Shown: positions 39,127 through 50,085, counted from the first letter of the stretch. The stretch is 64,000 nucleotides of DNA from Candidatus Bathyarchaeota archaeon (GCA_963811105.1 CAWEPZ010000009.1:128001-192000), one strand, 5' to 3'. The notes: generated by a model not told the origin, from the sequence alone. Made by a program: numbers and translations.

Positions 39127-41061
39127 TTAGGGAATATTGATTGTTCTTGTGTTGTAGTTTCTCAGGTAGGCTTGGTGTTCGGCGTCGTAGGGGTAGCTTT
39201 CCTTTGAGGGATATGGGAAGCTTGTCATTGCTTGAAACGGAAGAGGATTAACTGTTAAAGGCACGTAAGGCAGACCATTTCCTTTGAAGACGCAGTTTGC
39301 CACTAAGAAGTAGTCTCGCACCCAGCCGTTTGGAACAGGTTTTTGGTCTGCTGGAAACTTCAATGTAACAAAGTCTCCTTCTCGCCCTATAACGAATTTA
39401 TCATCCGCATTCTGCAATAGAGTTGTTACGTCTCCATATTTTGTGAAAGCTCCACTAGAATTTGAGTCAGATGTGAATGCTTGTTGTAAGTCTGCGGAAG
39501 ATGGCTGTACTGTTTGAACAATCACGTTTTGCTGCGGTGTGGTGTCTACTCCTATATAATCAAATTGAATGTTTTGGTAAGTGTTGATTCTTATTTCGTA
39601 GTCATTGGTTTTGAACAAACCTGTTAAGTTGACCACAAATGTGTTATCCGTTACATCAGGCAGAGGAAATTGTCGATCATTGGGTACTCGAATCCAGCTG
39701 CCATTCTGTGCTTTGACTTCCATGTATGGCGGCGGAGAAGGCATAACTCCAGGTTGACTGGCGTACTTCAAAAAGTTGTTACCACCAGCTTTGGTGGTTG
39801 GCCAGGTTATTTTGCCTTCAACTACTAAGTTGATTTCTTTCGCACCCGATAGGTTGCCAAGATCAAGCGTTATGTTGTTCCATGACCAAGTTGATCCGGT
39901 TGTGAAGAGTCCATCAGGTTTGGAAATTTGTGACAAAACGTTTTGTCCTTTTCCATCTACCGCTGATATAGGTGTGTATGGATTTTTACTTACTGTGTAA
40001 ATTGTGCCTTGACCTGTGAGGTTATACAGGAATGTGCTTGTTGTTGAAAATACATCTGTATTTGCAGGGTGATCTACAGCGATTATTTTGGCTGAGTCAA
40101 GGTAGAAAATTTCGTTTGCGATTTCATCGATTTTTATGGAGTACATGCCGTTTACGGGTTGAAGCTGAGTTGAGTCCATTTTTATGTAATCGTATGGGTA
40201 ATTGTAAGAGTAAACTGCTGTACCGTCAGGATTAAAATATTCTAGGTACCCAAGCCACCCTGAGCCATCTGACACATCTGCGACGTAGCCGTAGCCTGTT
40301 CCGTTCCAACTGTATAGTGACGGGCATGAGCCCATGTGAGTGTAAGTTGCAACCAGATAAATCTCAGACTGCACATCTACGACTTTATTAGGGTTAGTGC
40401 TTCCATCGCTCCAGCTAACAAAGTCGAATGGAGCAAGAACCCGCCCCGGCATGAGAAGATTAATTGTGCTGGGAGTCTGAACGTTATGTGTACCAATATC
40501 AACAAGTTCTGAGTATGGTGAAAGGTGAGAGACCCCATCTAATGTGAACGATATTCCAGCTTCATTAGAAAGGTAGTGTAACGTGTGTTTACCTGTTTGA
40601 ACAATTTTGATATCCTCGGATAACCCACCGACAGAAACTGAATAAGTTCCAATATTAGTTTCAGTAATTGTTGCAGTCACTTTTTCAGAAGCGCCGATTG
40701 CAAGCTGTACTAGAACACTTTGGATAACTTCGCTGTTTACTTCGACTGGCAGTGAATAGCTGATGTTTTCACTTCCAGTGTTCCTCGCAATGACTGAAAC
40801 GTTGATTAGTTGTCCGGACCAGGCTTCCAACGGGTCTATGAAAATTTGAGATAAACTTAACGCAGTTGGCAAGGGAGGGGGTATTCCTGATGATGAAGGT
40901 GAAGGAGTCACCGAAGGTGTAGGCGTTGGATTTGGTTGGGTCGGTGCGTATGAGCCATAATAATAGCTAATGAAAGCTATAGATGAGATAATTATTACAA
41001 TTAAAATGATGATAGTTTGCATCTTGCTAATTGCAGTGCGCGAAAAAAATAATTTGTACAT
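39127..41061 (-). CDS. Membrane-anchored extracellular protein (CARDB-like plus GSCP-domain)
   Basis: N-terminal TM, PT linker, Ig-like segment, GSCPSLYSWNG. Confidence 0.7.
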   Translation of the reverse strand: MYKLFFSRTAISKMQTIIILIVIIISSIAFISYYYGSYAPTQPNPTPTPSVTPSPSSSGIPPPLPTALSLSQIFIDPLEAWSGQLINVSVIARNTGSENISYSLPVEVNSEVIQSVLVQLAIGASEKVTATITETNIGTYSVSVGGLSEDIKIVQTGKHTLHYLSNEAGISFTLDGVSHLSPYSELVDIGTHNVQTPSTINLLMPGRVLAPFDFVSWSDGSTNPNKVVDVQSEIYLVATYTHMGSCPSLYSWNGTGYGYVADVSDGSGWLGYLEYFNPDGTAVYSYNYPYDYIKMDSTQLQPVNGMYSIKIDEIANEIFYLDSAKIIAVDHPANTDVFSTTSTFLYNLTGQGTIYTVSKNPYTPISAVDGKGQNVLSQISKPDGLFTTGSTWSWNNITLDLGNLSGAKEINLVVEGKITWPTTKAGGNNFLKYASQPGVMPSPPPYMEVKAQNGSWIRVPNDRQFPLPDVTDNTFVVNLTGLFKTNDYEIRINTYQNIQFDYIGVDTTPQQNVIVQTVQPSSADLQQAFTSDSNSSGAFTKYGDVTTLLQNADDKFVIGREGDFVTLKFPADQKPVPNGWVRDYFLVANCVFKGNGLPYVPLTVNPLPFQAMTSFPYPSKESYPYDAEHQAYLRNYNTRTINIP

Positions 41062-41354
41062 TGCTTAATGATGAATGAATATTCTTTTAAACCCTACTAT
41101 TTTTAGTCAAAATTGTTATTGCTGCCGCAAAAGGCAGTTGAATCATCTGGCATTTGTGCGTAGGGTTATTATCTTGCTAGGAAATTTAGTTTTTTGAAAG
41201 TGCACTGTAATGCGCCGATGATGACAATTGCACGAAAGTATTGGAGTTTCAGGTTATCTGTCTCCGAAAGTGACTGAAAACACAATTCGGTATTTCTGAG
41301 GCGCTAATCACCTTCATCTGATGATAATGTTAATTAAGAATCAACCAGACCGTA

Positions 41355-41675
41355 TTGCCTCAGGTTGTTATGTCTAAGACTGCTCCATTCTGGTTTATTC
41401 GAGACGGCGAAAAACTTATTCAATGTACCAAAGAAGCTTTTGATAAAGCGATAGTTGAAGGAAAAAGCATAAAATACCGCGGTTACCAAAATAAGAAAGC
41501 TGAACGCATAGCGGATGAGTTGGAAACGTCAAGAATGACATTTCTTGCCGACCCTAATTTATCTCCGAAATTTCGGGTGGTTATAACAAATCCCAGAAAT
41601 GTTGTTGAGGTTCAGGTTGTTTTGGTTGATGATCCACAGTTTTGGATAAGAGAATCCAAGCGACCAAAATATTAG
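41355..41675 (+). CDS. Hypothetical protein
   Basis: ORF only. Confidence 0.5.
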   Translation: MPQVVMSKTAPFWFIRDGEKLIQCTKEAFDKAIVEGKSIKYRGYQNKKAERIADELETSRMTFLADPNLSPKFRVVITNPRNVVEVQVVLVDDPQFWIRESKRPKY

Positions 41676-41799
41676 AAGCGGCAAAAGTTTTCTTGGGTAG
41701 ATTTAGCATTCATTTTGAGCATTGTAAATTGTCTACCCAGTCGAGTATTAATTCAGAGCCTATTTAAAGCTCGTAGCAGAATTAAACAAGACCAACTCC

Positions 41800-42489
41800 A
41801 TGTATAAACCCTATCTAAGCATAGCGACGCAAGCGGTTTTTGGTTTAGCATTCCTTGCAATTTTATTGTGGCTTGCGCTGTTTTTGCCAGCTTGGACGCT
41901 GAATTATTGGCAAGCATGGATTTACTGGCTGGTTTTCTTGGTATGTATATTGGCAATCAGCACCTATTTTTTAAAAAAAGACCTTGGTCTTATTATGAGT
42001 CGGCTGAAGGTAGGGCCTGTTTCGGAAAAAGAGAATAGCCAAAAAATTACACAGGCGTTTGTGAGCATTTTTTTCATTTTGCTGCTTTTAGTTCCATCCA
42101 TTGATCATCACTTTCAATGGTCAAATGTCCCAATTTACTTGGTCTTAACAGGAGACATTTTTGTGGCACTTGGACTTCTAACTATTTTTCTCGTTTTTAA
42201 GGAAAACAGTTATACCTCGGTTCTTATTGAGGTGAACGAGGGTCAAAAAGTAATTTCGACAGGCCCTTACGGAGTAGTCCGCCACCCAATGTATTCAGGC
42301 GCTTTGCTTATGCTGCTCTTCACCCCTCTTGCTCTGGGTTCATTTTGGGGATTGCTCGCTTTTCCGCCCTTGTTGGCTGTAATTGCCGCGAGACTTCTTG
42401 AAGAAGAGAAGTTCCTCGCCAGAAAATTGTCAGGATATTCTGAATATTGCCAGAGGGTTCGTTACCGTTTAGTGCCCTTTTTGTGGTAG
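41800..42489 (+). CDS. Isoprenylcysteine carboxyl methyltransferase family
   Basis: STGPYGVVRHPMY, EEKFL, YRLVP. Confidence 0.9.
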   Translation: MYKPYLSIATQAVFGLAFLAILLWLALFLPAWTLNYWQAWIYWLVFLVCILAISTYFLKKDLGLIMSRLKVGPVSEKENSQKITQAFVSIFFILLLLVPSIDHHFQWSNVPIYLVLTGDIFVALGLLTIFLVFKENSYTSVLIEVNEGQKVISTGPYGVVRHPMYSGALLMLLFTPLALGSFWGLLAFPPLLAVIAARLLEEEKFLARKLSGYSEYCQRVRYRLVPFLW

Positions 42490-42780
42490 ATTCATTCGCC
42501 TCTCGTGTCGTTTCTGCAACATTCCGATTTTGGTCTATACTCTATTTTTTTGGTTCGTTGCTTATGATGCTTTTCACATTCCTTTATTCGTACAAGCATC
42601 CATTCATTTTCTTCGTAAACGCATCCGCAAACTAAAGTTTTGGTCGTCAAAACTGCTCCCTTCAAACAACGTTATCACTGCTTTAAGAGTTAGTCATAGA
42701 ACCTCATAATGATTCCTCTCGCTATATTTGCTTTTTCATCACACAACCTAAATAAGCCATTTTCCCTATCCAGATTCACC

Positions 42781-43314
42781 TTGAACATTGAGAACGTTGT
42801 CTTTCCCAATTCTGTGGGCTTTCGATGCAAAAATTGCGGAGCTTGCTGCCGTACCCAGCCACCCGACGTAAGTAAAACAGAGCAAAAGCGCATCGAAGAA
42901 AAAGGATTCAAAGATTTCTTAGAGTCTCCAGATGAAAATGGAATTCGTTGGCTCCGCAGAAAGAAAGAGGGCGGTTGCTGGTTTCTGACAAAAGAAAACA
43001 AATGTGCAATATACGCTTTGAGGCCACAAGTTTGCAGGATTGAGCCATTCACCATTACCGACTTTGATTATAACCAAAACAGGATTGAGGTAGACCTGAA
43101 CTTTCCTTTTGCATGTTGCTGCTTGGGAACCTATGACGAAACCTCAATATTGCCAATCGAAGAAATCGCAAGAGCAGCTCAAATTCTTGTTCAAAAAATT
43201 CTAGCTATTACGGCTAACGACCTAAATCTTCCTATAACTGACAAGAGAGTTCGTGCTGAGACACGGTCAAGGCTGCTTCGCAGATTAGTGGAAATGGCAA
43301 ATCTAAGATTGTAG
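42781..43314 (+). CDS. YkgJ-family (CxxCxxCC) cysteine-cluster protein
   Basis: CKNCGACC, CWFL, CAIYALRPQVC. Confidence 0.85.
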   Translation: MNIENVVFPNSVGFRCKNCGACCRTQPPDVSKTEQKRIEEKGFKDFLESPDENGIRWLRRKKEGGCWFLTKENKCAIYALRPQVCRIEPFTITDFDYNQNRIEVDLNFPFACCCLGTYDETSILPIEEIARAAQILVQKILAITANDLNLPITDKRVRAETRSRLLRRLVEMANLRL

Positions 43315-43446
43315 CCGATTAGGGTTGAGGCCCTTGAAATGCCAGTATTTTTCTTTAATTGTTCAACTTCAATTAATTATCATCGTCAACTAAAAATAAA
43401 AAAATAAGAAAAATTGTTAAACTAATAAAGATGTTAGCTTAATAGC

Positions 43447-43590
43447 TTAATATCTTCTTGGTGGTCGTCTTTTTGCGTAGCATTCTCGGCAATAAACTGG
43501 CCTGCTTCCGTCTGGCTTGAAAGGAACATCACATTCTTTTCCGCAGTCTGCGCAGGTTGCCTTATGCATCTCTTTGTTTCCAAATGACAT
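43447..43590 (-). CDS. CxxC-x17-CxxC zinc-ribbon protein (47 aa)
   Basis: MHKATCADCGKECDVPFKPDGSRPVYCRECY. Confidence 0.88.
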   Translation of the reverse strand: MSFGNKEMHKATCADCGKECDVPFKPDGSRPVYCRECYAKRRPPRRY

Positions 43591-43880
43591 ATCTATTTTT
43601 CACTTCCTCTTTCACTTTTGCAAATCCTTTTGCAGGTTTGTTTAATGACGTGGTTACTCTAAAGCTTATCCTTTGGACTAAAATAAACCACCATCATTGC
43701 TGGAAGATAGACATATAGCACTAGTTGTAAATCAACTCTGGGTAGTGAAGCACTCTTAATCCGTAGCTTCCAATTGTCGCTGAATAATAGTAAGCTTTTT
43801 GAGGTTATCGCGACCCAACCAACTAATTACAACTCATAATTGACAAGCTTTTTAAAACTGTAATATAAGCAATTAAAAAC

Positions 43881-44387
43881 ATGACAGATGTAAAGCGTAA
43901 AATCTTACTTATCCTGTTATCTCTAACAATTATTGGCGAAATATTATCAATAATTATATGGGCAAATGTCCCTAGGGAACGTTTTACTCTTGCGGCAAGT
44001 TGGGAAATTGCAGTTCTAAACGCAGTTATTATGATACCTATTAATCTGATGGCGCTGTTTTGGATTATAAAACGTCACAAGACAGCCTTAATTTTCTTGA
44101 TCGCTATTTCAATTGCGAACAGGACAATATCGCAATTCATTTTCAATGGCGGTATACATTTAGTATTCGTAACCTGGACCGCGCTGTTAGTAGTCTTCGC
44201 TTATTTAGAATATAGACAGCCCAACACCCTTGAAGCTTTCTTTCTAACTGGAGGAGTCATTTTCGCGTTTATAGCGTCCATTTTGATTTTTGCTTTTACA
44301 GGCAATACATTTTTTGGCATTGCTGCTTACACTCTTGTGCTAGTCTTCATGATAGGAGTCTTGATAGCAATCAAAAAAATTCGATAG
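43881..44387 (+). CDS. Hypothetical membrane protein
   Basis: Multiple TM segments. Confidence 0.65.
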   Translation: MTDVKRKILLILLSLTIIGEILSIIIWANVPRERFTLAASWEIAVLNAVIMIPINLMALFWIIKRHKTALIFLIAISIANRTISQFIFNGGIHLVFVTWTALLVVFAYLEYRQPNTLEAFFLTGGVIFAFIASILIFAFTGNTFFGIAAYTLVLVFMIGVLIAIKKIR

Positions 44388-44550
44388 CTTTTTTGTTTAA
44401 GTGAAAGGGTTCGATGTTGTTTGTCGTACTATGAAGTCTCAGTCTCTTCAATCTTAAGGTTAGTCACTGATTTAGAAAAATGCCGCAAAATTATGTATTC
44501 TAAAACAGCTAACTGTGTATGATCTATTTTATGGTTGTTGCTCGATTAGC

Positions 44551-44646
44551 CAATTTTTTTTCAAAACTGAAAAACGCGAAAAGAGCTGCGGATGTGGAGC
44601 AACACGCGAAAACGGAGCGACGTAAGGCTAATTCGTTTAAGTTCGC
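44551..44646. repeat. Intergenic repeat copy 1
   Basis: GAGCAACACGCGAAAACGGAGCGA...TTCGTTTAA resembles 45626-45715. Confidence 0.55.
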
Positions 44647-44868
44647 TTATGGGTGTTTTCTCTTATTTGATACAAATTCAAGAACAAATAGGAGGAGTAA
44701 AATAATTCCAACAACCGCTAATCCTACCCCAATATAGGCTACCAAGCTACTTTCTATGTGGTTGGTCTTTGCTGAAGACCTTAATTTACCAACTAATATG
44801 ATAACTATTCCAGTAAGTAGCAAAATAATGCCTACTCTACCAACAATTATTCCATACTCTTTGGACAT
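44647..44868 (-). CDS. Small 2-TM membrane protein
   Basis: Two hydrophobic segments. Confidence 0.6.
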   Translation of the reverse strand: MSKEYGIIVGRVGIILLLTGIVIILVGKLRSSAKTNHIESSLVAYIGVGLAVVGIILLLLFVLEFVSNKRKHP

Positions 44869-45073
44869 TTCTTTTTCCCCTTGATAATAATTGAGTAGGA
44901 TGCTCCTGAAATAGTCTAAAGATCCACGAAAGCAGAAAGCGGAAAATACAAAGGGCGAAAATGCCCAACGTCCTTAAAGTTTAAGGAGTTTGCACTATAA
45001 GAAAAAGACGTATAAAAGAGTCAATGACTTGTCACATGTAACAACCCGATAGACAACGTTGATGTAGGTAGTA

Positions 45074-45421
45074 ATGAACCCTAAAATTAAATCGGTAAAA
45101 ACTATTTCAAACAAGATCCTTGGAAATGTTTGGAAGAGGATTTCGGACAAGCCGTTACCCGATGTTTTGGCTTACACTTTGACCGATAAGGCTTTCATTT
45201 CCAACATAAAATTATTGCAGAAAAACGGGGGCGAAATTGATACTAGATTTAAGGAGTATGGAACGGATTTCAATGTCGAGTTTATTGAGGCATGTACTTT
45301 TGAGTTTGAAGGGCACTTGATTGTTTTTGTAAGGGAATCTGTGCCTTTGGTTAATGCGTTAGAGCATGAGTTAAAGCATGTGGCTAAATGGAAACATTTG
45401 GATATGCATGGCGACTCTTAG
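45074..45421 (+). CDS. Hypothetical protein with HExxH motif
   Basis: ALEHELKHV. Confidence 0.55.
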   Translation: MNPKIKSVKTISNKILGNVWKRISDKPLPDVLAYTLTDKAFISNIKLLQKNGGEIDTRFKEYGTDFNVEFIEACTFEFEGHLIVFVRESVPLVNALEHELKHVAKWKHLDMHGDS

Positions 45422-45625
45422 GTTATCATCCACCAAATTAATTTTTTTGGCAAAATAATGCAAAAATAAGGTAGACAAGGTATTGGACTAAGGACTTGAT
45501 TTTCTTAGCAGTATCTTTTGATTCTCAAAGTGTTCTACGCCCCTCGAAGCTTCCAGATCTTGTTTAAGTGGCGTGAATCTATGCAAGATGTGGGGATACA
45601 AGAAGATGAAGATGACTCAGATTTA

Positions 45626-45715
45626 CAATTTCTTTCCAAGTTTCTTTTTGAAAGAAAGGAAAGCGAGCGACCCGCGAAAGCGGAAGCGAAGCGGCAAGTG
45701 AATCGTTTGAATTTT
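45626..45715. repeat. Intergenic repeat copy 2
   Basis: GAGCGACCCGCGAAAGCGGAAGCGA...ATCGTTTGAA. Confidence 0.55.
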
Positions 45716-45741
45716 GGTCTATCTGAAAGGGATTCTAACGA

Positions 45742-46041
45742 TTAGGTTGTGTAAGCCTGTTCACTTTTCTTGTTGCTTGTGCTTTGAGTTGGCATAGGCG
45801 GCGCAGGAGCAAGATACGTCTTGTCCTTTGTTTCTATCTCAACTCTTGGGTTCAACGCGAAGTTGTAAATAGGTGTCCCATCAGGGGCTTTTCTATCTAC
45901 TGCCACGCCAATTCTTCCAATGTCTACATGAACTTTTAGAAGGTTACCATCTTCTAACCGGAAATTTACTACGTTACTTCCAACAAGCTTTGCTGTAATT
46001 TGCCTATATTTTATTTGTTCCTGAGTCAAAGATAACACCAT
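45742..46041 (-). CDS. Hypothetical protein
   Basis: ORF; FRLEDGNLLKV...PDGTPIY. Confidence 0.6.
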   Translation of the reverse strand: MVLSLTQEQIKYRQITAKLVGSNVVNFRLEDGNLLKVHVDIGRIGVAVDRKAPDGTPIYNFALNPRVEIETKDKTYLAPAPPMPTQSTSNKKSEQAYTT

Positions 46042-46889
46042 TTTCTCATAGAGTCAGATATGTAATATGTCTAGGAATTTAAGATTTATTTTCAAATTTT
46101 GAGTAAATACAAGCAGAATTATTATCCACCCTGAAAGCAAGGATTAGCTATAACTAATAAAAATAATTTAAGTAAATTAGTTTTCCGCGAGTTAAACGCA
46201 TTTGGTTTAAAACAATTCCTTCTGAAAACTAATTATTTGCGTTTTTTGAATATCTGTATTCCTTCGATTGTTGTAACTCATTGAAAGCCTTTTTCTATGC
46301 AAGCACTAATTGATCTCCTGATTTCTTTTTTTGCCTTTTTAAATCAGACTGTTGTTTTCTTAGGGCTGCCTTGGCATCGCCTAGTGTAACAACTTCAATG
46401 GTGTTTCCAGCGATAACAACTTTAAAAGCTACCATTTCTAACCCCGTTTTTATTCACCTACCGTGCTTGTAGGACTATCGACATATGTCCGCTCAAGTGC
46501 AGCCCATTCGTTAATCCTGACATTTGTTTTCTTAAAATTATTTTTTTTGCATTGCGAAGGTTCTGCAAGACCCGATTTTGTCATATTTGGTAAGCTGCAC
46601 ATGATTCGCCATTGGGAGCTGTATTCTATTATGTTTTATGAATTACTAATCCACATGGAGATAATTAATGCCGCTTGTTTGTTCTTGCACGTTTTTCCTT
46701 GAAAGTGGATTGCTGTATATTTGAATGTCCTTTTTTCTCTAGCAACTTCTCCGTAGCATGCTTTTTTTCTGTGCGAAGGGAAGGAACGTAGTTGCTTGTC
46801 TAGTTTGATTACTGTCTTTGGTATTAGTTGTAGAGGAAAAAAGAGGTATTTGTGTTTCCTGAATCTACTGCTGTCTACAACAAAGATTT

Positions 46890-47202
46890 GGGCTGGTGTA
46901 TTGGCAGTAACCCGCCTTCTGTTATTGTGGCATTCGGCTAATCGGGCTACCCGCGCCTTCTGGTAGAGACTTCATCGGCGGCTGTTTGCCCTTTCCACTT
47001 GCAGGACGGCCGTTTCACCGCTTCCAAACTGGCGCACTCTACATCACAAATGTGTCATCGCCCAGTCCAGTTGGACGTTTCGTTTCTGCTCCGTTGCCAA
47101 GGTTCTCACCCTGTCCAGGGGACTGCAATTCTACATGTGGGCGGAGTTTCCTCAGACCCAGCATTTTTCGGGTCCGACAGCCACACACCAACTCGCCAGC
47201 CC
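46890..47202 (-). ncRNA. rnpB: Archaeal RNase P RNA
   Basis: P4 signatures GAGGAAACTCCGCCC and AACAGAAGGCGGGTTAC; terminal P1 pairing; ends approximate. Confidence 0.92.
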
Positions 47203-47259
47203 ACACCACTATGCATAATCGGAAGCAATAAGAATTTCTAATCTTATCTGTAACTAATC

Positions 47260-47844
47260 ATGAAAAAACGCGTTATCCTCATTACAGGCACTCCCGCCAC
47301 AGGCAAAACAACCACAGCAAAACAACTAGCAACAAAACTTGACGCAGAATACATTAACCTCACCGACTACGCCAAAACCCACAAATTAACACTTAGAGAA
47401 GACAAAGAAAGAAAAACCACCATAATAAACGAAGAAGAAATGCCTAAAAAACTCACGGAAACCATAAACTCCTCAACTAAAGCCAACATTATAATAGACG
47501 GACACTATGCCAGCGCTGTAACACCAACCGAGCTTGTCACAAAAGTTTTTGTATTGCGGCGAAACCCCAAAGAACTAAAAAAATTCATGGAGAAATGCGG
47601 TTTTGAAGGCGCCAAGCTTTGGGAGAACCTGTCTGCAGAAATCCTTGATGTATGCTTAATTGAAGCGTTGCAGATGCAGGAAGGCAAGGTTTGCGAGTTA
47701 GACATTACCGGAAAAACAGTTGATGAAGCAGTAGCAAATATTATGGATATTTTGGATCAGGGCAAGAAATGTTTTGTTGGTGTTGTGGATTGGCTAGGAA
47801 TGCTGGAACATGAAGGCTTAACTGATCAATACCTCAAAGCTTGA
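47260..47844 (+). CDS. Adenylate kinase 6 (Fap7/hCINAP-like)
   Basis: ITGTPATGKTT, IIDGH, ENLSAEILD. Confidence 0.85.
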   Translation: MKKRVILITGTPATGKTTTAKQLATKLDAEYINLTDYAKTHKLTLREDKERKTTIINEEEMPKKLTETINSSTKANIIIDGHYASAVTPTELVTKVFVLRRNPKELKKFMEKCGFEGAKLWENLSAEILDVCLIEALQMQEGKVCELDITGKTVDEAVANIMDILDQGKKCFVGVVDWLGMLEHEGLTDQYLKA

Positions 47845-47846
47845 GG

Positions 47847-48209
47847 TTAAATGAAGCTACTTATTTTCTGCTTTGTCAGCAAAGTAATTTTGCGTCTGTT
47901 TGCGTATGATTTGGCGTGGTCACTAAATTTTTCAGCAATCATAATTGGACTGCCCAAATCCACGTCTTCCGAAGATGTATCCAGATGGATAATTAGGTTT
48001 ACGCCCACGGTTCTGTTCCAATCTCGGATCCAAACACCCTGCTCAACACGGCCTTTCTGGACGATAAGGTCAAAATGCCTAGATACCCCACTGTGCCCTT
48101 CAAGCACTGCATTTTCACTGTTAAGTCTGTAGCCTTCCTTCTTGAAGTATACAACTGCTAAGTCCATTAAACGAGACCTAGCTTTAGGCTGGTCTTCTTC
48201 AATACTCAT
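47847..48209 (-). CDS. Restriction endonuclease-like (Mrr_cat-type) fold protein
   Basis: GHSGVSRHFDL, FSDHAKSYA. Confidence 0.65.
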   Translation of the reverse strand: MSIEEDQPKARSRLMDLAVVYFKKEGYRLNSENAVLEGHSGVSRHFDLIVQKGRVEQGVWIRDWNRTVGVNLIIHLDTSSEDVDLGSPIMIAEKFSDHAKSYANRRKITLLTKQKISSFI

Positions 48210-48303
48210 ACGCTCGGTCTTCCCTGCTAACCCTTATGAACTTGTATGTGGAAAAGCCTTTCTATTGACTTTTCCATGTTGAAATATTCTTTCTACTAAC
48301 TTT

Positions 48304-49262
48304 TTAAACCACATAATTGCTGAACCTCTTAGGCTTCTTGAAACAGTGGTGTTCAACGTCGTTGATTTTTATGACGGAGTATTCTGTCCAGCCTTCCATG
48401 CCTAGCTTGAGTATGTCCTCAACGGTTGTTGCGCTTGTCGTGTCAAATTCGATGTCTTTGAACTGTATTCTGCCGATGTACTTCATTGTGTTTTTGATTT
48501 GTTTGTGACCTAATAGCTTCTTAACAGTTAACACGTTGCCGTTAGTATGGTGGGCAATCATTGTTCCTGCCCATGTTCTGAAAGCTGTGAAGTCAATCGC
48601 TAATAGCCTGGGGTTTTTCTGGTTTTCAGCAGCTCTTTTACGATAAGTTACAAAGCTTTTTAGCATCGCATCGTAATTTTTTGCGAAAATTCTTTCGTCT
48701 TTTCTTGGGTAGTGCATCAATCATTGCTAACAGCTTGTTTGATACTTGGAGTGTTCTTGTAAGGTGGTTTTTTACAGGATAACGTATGCTATTGCTTTGT
48801 TTGCGTTGTCGACGTCTAACCATTTGATTCTAAGAACTTCTCCTGGATCTCCGAATGTTTCTTTTAGGCATTGTAGAAAAGTAGATAATCGCTTAGATTT
48901 TGTTGTAGCGTTAATTAATGCCGTCTAATTCGGTTTCATCAGGTACAACGGGGCCAAAATCTTCTGGCTGTAGGTGGGCATTTCCCATTGAAGCTTAAGC
49001 ATTTTAGCTAAGGCATCGCAAGCGTAGCAGTAGAAGAGTTTAGTTCCGTTTTTATTTTTTTCTCCGTTTTTGGGCCTCATTTGCCCAATAACAGTTTTAA
49101 CGTTTTCAGGATCTCTTAAGTTAGCTCCGAGATAAGCAAGATGTTTAACTTTCAACGTAGTCGCTTTCAGATGAATAACCTTCTTTTTCTAGATAAGCGT
49201 AGAGCTGCGTTAGCCTCGTCCATTGCGAGAAGCTAGTAAAAACCCAATTTTTCTCCCGCATA
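48304..49262 (-). pseudogene. Frameshifted tyrosine recombinase/integrase
   Basis: Fragments in several frames: LGANLRDPENVK, IRYPVKNHLTR, FRTWAGT...LLGHKQIKNTMKY. Confidence 0.85.
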
Positions 49263-49359
49263 TTGAGCAAGGACATCCCAGTCCTCAATAATATTTACCA
49301 CTTTTTTGTCACCTTGACTTTTCGAGCGCGCCTGAGTTTAAGAACAATCTGGCGCCTTC

Positions 49360-49417
49360 AAGGAAACTCCTTGTGACCCCCTTCACGGGGTTTCCTTGTG
49401 AGGGGTCTCACGGAAAC
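49360..49417. other. Overlapping double inverted repeat upstream of integrase remnant
   Basis: AAGGAAAC..GTGA/TCAC..GTTTCCTT and GTTTCC..GTGAG/CTCAC-GGAAAC. Confidence 0.55.
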
Positions 49418-49469
49418 TACCCAAAACTTTTAATCAACTTTTAATACGTGAGACGATCACTAATAAAAC

Positions 49470-49697
49470 ATGGACATCACTCTTTTTGCGATAGGCGTAT
49501 TCTGCATTATCTGGGGTTTGCCATTTTGTTTCCCATGCCAAGTTATTACGCTTTGGGAAAAAATGTCAAAAGATAAAACAAGCCAAACAAATCAAGAGCC
49601 ATACCAACACGTAAAAAGCGTTAGGACTTTTGGTTTGGCATTCATTGCTATTGGTGTTATTCTAATACTTCTCAGCTTTACAGGTTTTGTGAAGTGA
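49470..49697 (+). CDS. Small 2-TM membrane protein
   Basis: Hydrophobic N- and C-termini. Confidence 0.55.
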   Translation: MDITLFAIGVFCIIWGLPFCFPCQVITLWEKMSKDKTSQTNQEPYQHVKSVRTFGLAFIAIGVILILLSFTGFVK

Positions 49698-50085
49698 AGA
49701 CATCAATCTTCTTGTTTTCGTCCTTGAATTGAATCACCGGCCACGCAAAAAACTGCAATCAACACAGAAAGGCAACTTTTAATTTGCCCCCGATTCGATT
49801 TGCAGTAATGCCCTCTTGCTTATCATCTCAAGCTCGTGATAGTCGGCATTAAAGTTTAAGGACATACCAACGAGGAACATACGCAGCATAATGGCTGTCG
49901 CTTCTATCTCTTTTTGCTTCAAGAAATAATCCTCCAGATAAATCCAGAACCCTTACCAAATTGAGAATTTTTAGAAAACAGAAAAAAAAATTGGGTTAAC
50001 TTTGGTCTAGAAAAGACAAAAGTTATATTTTGCGGGAGACGCGAAAAGGTGAACAGATGAAAAGCTTTTCGGAAACAAACAAGAA

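Noticed and set aside
44519-45745. ORFs 44519-44737 and 45518-45745 with similar peptide stretches
   Set aside because: Similarity is confined to the DNA repeat they span; no other coding support
43800-46890. Island integrated at the rnpB 3' end
   Set aside because: Orphan-rich region, but no duplicated rnpB end was seen
46986-47241. Two plus-strand ORFs
   Set aside because: Antisense shadows of RNase P RNA
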